DNA of 20,000 nt from Pseudomonadota bacterium (GTDB taxonomy: Bacteria; Desulfobacterota; Desulfobacteria; Desulfobacterales; JBDRRP01). The notes under the pieces were generated by a model. It had not been told where the DNA came from and did not search any database. It was given only the letters and a program-made list of their open reading frames with translations. Below are positions 17,625-20,000 of this stretch, one piece after another. Every line of letters begins with the position of its first letter. Position 1 is the first letter of the stretch. The position numbers and the translations under genes were made by a program. The stretch is taken from assembly GCA_043825735.1 (NCBI GenBank), contig JBDRRP010000090.1:58752-78751 (forward strand), in the 5' to 3' direction.

Positions 17625-18302
17625 ATGTACGCATTTGTTACCGGTCCTCTGGCATGGCTGAGTTTCTTGATTTTTTTTATCGGCGTCATTGCCAGGGCGG
17701 TCATGTATGTGAAGGGGCTGGACTGGAAACTGGACCGCGTGCCTTATGGGCATTTCAACCGGTTCGGCGTCAGGGGCGCGGTGCGCAGCGTCGTGTCGTG
17801 GCTGATTCCCTTCGGCACCCACGGCTGGCGGCAGAACCCGGGATTCACCCTGCTGGTGTTCGTCTTCCACATCGGCCTGCTGGTGACGCCGGTCTTTCTT
17901 CTGGCGCATAACGTCATCTTGAAGGAACGCTGGGGATTCAGTCTGTGGACCTTTCCCGAAGTCGTGGGCGATGGCCTCACAGTGGCCATGCTGGTGGCCG
18001 CGCTGTTCATCGTGTTGCGGCGAATCGCACTTCCGGAAGTGCGCATCCTCACCACCGCCTATGACTATCTGCTGCTGCTCATCGCCACCGGCCCGTTCAT
18101 CACCGGATTCATCGCCTATCACCACATGGGCGATTATCATTTCTGGATCATAGCGCACATTCTCAGCGGTGAACTCTGGCTCATCGCCGTACCGTTTACC
18201 AAACTGTCCCATTTTATCCTGTTTTTCATGTCCCGCATCCAACTCGGTATGGATTACGGCATCAAGCGCGGCGGCATGAAGGGCACGGATATGGCCTGGT
18301 AG
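17625..18302 (+). CDS. hmcE: Hmc complex NarI-like cytochrome b membrane subunit
   Basis: [50 protein letters not shown]. Confidence 0.92.
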   Translation: MYAFVTGPLAWLSFLIFFIGVIARAVMYVKGLDWKLDRVPYGHFNRFGVRGAVRSVVSWLIPFGTHGWRQNPGFTLLVFVFHIGLLVTPVFLLAHNVILKERWGFSLWTFPEVVGDGLTVAMLVAALFIVLRRIALPEVRILTTAYDYLLLLIATGPFITGFIAYHHMGDYHFWIIAHILSGELWLIAVPFTKLSHFILFFMSRIQLGMDYGIKRGGMKGTDMAW

Positions 18303-18337
18303 ATAAGACGATTAACCTTTATCGATTGGGAAGAAAA

Positions 18338-19726
18338 ATGGCTGAAGGCAAACTGTGCAATAGAACGCCCTGTAATACCAAAGAGCAGCTTCAGGCGCTG
18401 CTAGACGACAAAAGCGGCAAGCAATACTACGCCGAAATGGACCAACTGAACGTTGACCATGAAAAGTTGGCCACCGTTTTCAAGAACACGCTGAAATCCC
18501 GGCTCAAGACCTGGCTGGAGATCTGCGCCCATTGCGGCATGTGTGCGGAGAGCTGTTTTTTCTATCTGGCCAACGACAATGACCCAGAGCAGGTTCCGTC
18601 CTTCAAGATCCAGGACACCCTGGGGCAACTCGTCAAGCGCAAAGGCAAGGTGGACAATGCCTTCATGCAGTACTGCATGGACACGGCCTGGGGCAAATGC
18701 ACCTGCTGCAACCGGTGCGGCCAGTATTGTCCGTTCGGGATCGACATGGGCATCATGTTCGGCTACCTGCGCGGCGTGTGTCATTCTCAGGGGTTCGTGC
18801 CCTGGGAGTTGAAGATCGGCGCCGGCATGCACCGGATTTTCAGGGCCCAGATGGACGTTTCCACCGAGGACTGGGTGGAGACCTGCGAGTGGATGGCCGA
18901 GGAATACGAAGAGGAGTACCCGGGTCTTGAAATCCCCATGGATAAGGAAAATGCAGACATCATCTATACCGTGAACGCCAGAGAGCCCAAGCACTATCCG
19001 GAGGATCTGGCGGAGGCTGCCATATTGTTCCATCTGGCCGGAGAGAACTGGACCGTCCCCTCGGAAGGATGGGAGGAGACGAGCCTGGCCATGTTCGCCG
19101 GCGACTGGGAAGCGTGCAAGATGCAGGTGGAGTCGGTCTACGCAGCCATGCGCCGGCTCAATCCCAAACGCATGGTGGTCACCGAATGCGGCCATGCCTA
19201 CAGGGCCACGGTGATCGAGGGCCCCTACTGGGCGGGTATCGAAACCGGCCAGACGCCGGTACCCAGTTTTCATTACGTGGAGTGGGTGGCCGAGGCGCTG
19301 CGCACCGGAAAGATCAAGATCGACCCTGCCAAACGGATCAAGGAGCCGGTGACATACCAGGATTCTTGTAACTATATCCGCAACGCCGGTTTGAAGGACG
19401 CCGCCCGGGAGATCATGAGCTATATCGCCGAGGATTTCCGGGAAATGAAACCCAACAAGGAACACAATTTCTGCTGCGGCGGCGGTGGCGGCATGAACGG
19501 CCTGGGGCGTTACCGGCAGCAGCGAAACATAGGTCTGAAGGTCAAGCGGGACCAGATCCTTGCCACCGGTGCCAAATTGGTGATTTCCCCCTGTCACAAC
19601 TGCTGGGACGCTATCCGCGATCTTGAGGAGGTTTACAAGGTGGGCATCCGCTGGTCTTTCCTCAAACCGCTGCTCATCAAAATGGCCATCGTTCCAGACC
19701 ATCTGAAGGTGCCCGAAGAAGAATAG
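18338..19726 (+). CDS. hmcF: Hmc complex cytoplasmic Fe-S/CCG protein (HdrD/DsrK-like)
   Basis: [45 protein letters not shown]; start set to ATG 18338. Confidence 0.92.
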   Translation: MAEGKLCNRTPCNTKEQLQALLDDKSGKQYYAEMDQLNVDHEKLATVFKNTLKSRLKTWLEICAHCGMCAESCFFYLANDNDPEQVPSFKIQDTLGQLVKRKGKVDNAFMQYCMDTAWGKCTCCNRCGQYCPFGIDMGIMFGYLRGVCHSQGFVPWELKIGAGMHRIFRAQMDVSTEDWVETCEWMAEEYEEEYPGLEIPMDKENADIIYTVNAREPKHYPEDLAEAAILFHLAGENWTVPSEGWEETSLAMFAGDWEACKMQVESVYAAMRRLNPKRMVVTECGHAYRATVIEGPYWAGIETGQTPVPSFHYVEWVAEALRTGKIKIDPAKRIKEPVTYQDSCNYIRNAGLKDAAREIMSYIAEDFREMKPNKEHNFCCGGGGGMNGLGRYRQQRNIGLKVKRDQILATGAKLVISPCHNCWDAIRDLEEVYKVGIRWSFLKPLLIKMAIVPDHLKVPEEE

Positions 19727-19742
19727 CGGCTTCGCCGCTATA

Positions 19743-19786
19743 TAAAAGAGAAAGGCCTCACCCGAAGGTGAGGCCTTTCTCTTTTA
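19743..19786. terminator. Bidirectional Rho-independent terminator after hmcF
   Basis: Perfect 20-bp stem TAAAAGAGAAAGGCCTCACC / GGTGAGGCCTTTCTCTTTTA with CGAA loop. Confidence 0.9.
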
Positions 19787-19801
19787 GTTTCGCAGTTTCA
19801 T

Positions 19802-19837
19802 ATAAAAGGGTCCCGGGTTGTTTCGGGGCCCTTTTAT
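19802..19837. terminator. Second terminator hairpin, adjacent to the acyl-CoA synthetase stop
   Basis: ATAAAAGGGTCCCG...CGGGGCCCTTTTAT with T runs on both strands. Confidence 0.8.
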
Positions 19838-20000
19838 TCAGCTACTTTTTCTCGAGCCTGCCAGACCGATGGTGTTGAGGGCCGCTTCCATTTCTCCCAG
19901 GATGGTGGGATCGTCGATGGTGGCCGGCACCTTGTACTCCTTGTTGTCGGCGATCTTCTGGATGGTGCCGCGCAGGATCTTACCCGAGCGGGTCTTGGGC
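19838..20000 (-). CDS. prpE: Propionyl-/acetyl-CoA synthetase, 3' end (partial)
   Basis: Manual translation PKTRSGKILRGTIQKIADNKEYKVPATIDDPTILGEMEAALNTIGLAGSRKSS*; PKTRSGKILR..PATIDDP is typical of PrpE. Confidence 0.8.
   Translation of the reverse strand, partial: PKTRSGKILRGTIQKIADNKEYKVPATIDDPTILGEMEAALNTIGLAGSRKSS

Noticed and set aside
18401..19702. 433-aa antisense ORF over hmcF
   Set aside because: Shadow ORF with no motifs, fully opposite a clear Fe-S protein
19723..19741. Small hairpin ATAGCGGCTTCGCCGCTAT over the hmcF stop
   Set aside because: Real but minor; adjacent to two stronger terminators and most simply an mRNA 3' structure

Overview
GC-rich chromosomal DNA, most likely from a sulfate-reducing Desulfobacterota bacterium, interrupted by an AT-rich accessory island. 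Left (minus strand): a PhnD/TtrS-like solute-binding protein plus a methyl-accepting chemotaxis protein behind a sigma28-like promoter. About 3.4-8.3 kb: a truncated IS followed by a decaying integron cassette array with no integrase in the window (CALIN-like). It has two clear attC-bounded cassettes (a HEPN-like RxxxxH protein and a PD-(D/E)xK-like nuclease), a frameshifted non-specific endonuclease pseudogene, and a probable third cassette with a lipoprotein and a small Gly/Pro-rich secreted peptide. The ORF of cassette 1 is additionally bracketed by its own pair of GGGGWCAGRCCACGAA direct repeats, a nested architecture that integron biology does not explain; this is the most interesting observation. 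8.4-12.6 kb (minus): cNMP-binding protein, Tat-type metallo-beta-lactamase-fold hydrolase, DUF3108-like protein, HD protein and an exported hypothetical. 13.0-19.7 kb (plus): rrf2-hmcABCDEF with a double palindromic Rrf2-type operator and an unlisted 43-aa hmcD. The window ends in the 3' end of a propionyl/acetyl-CoA synthetase. All family calls are from motif recognition; no searches were run.
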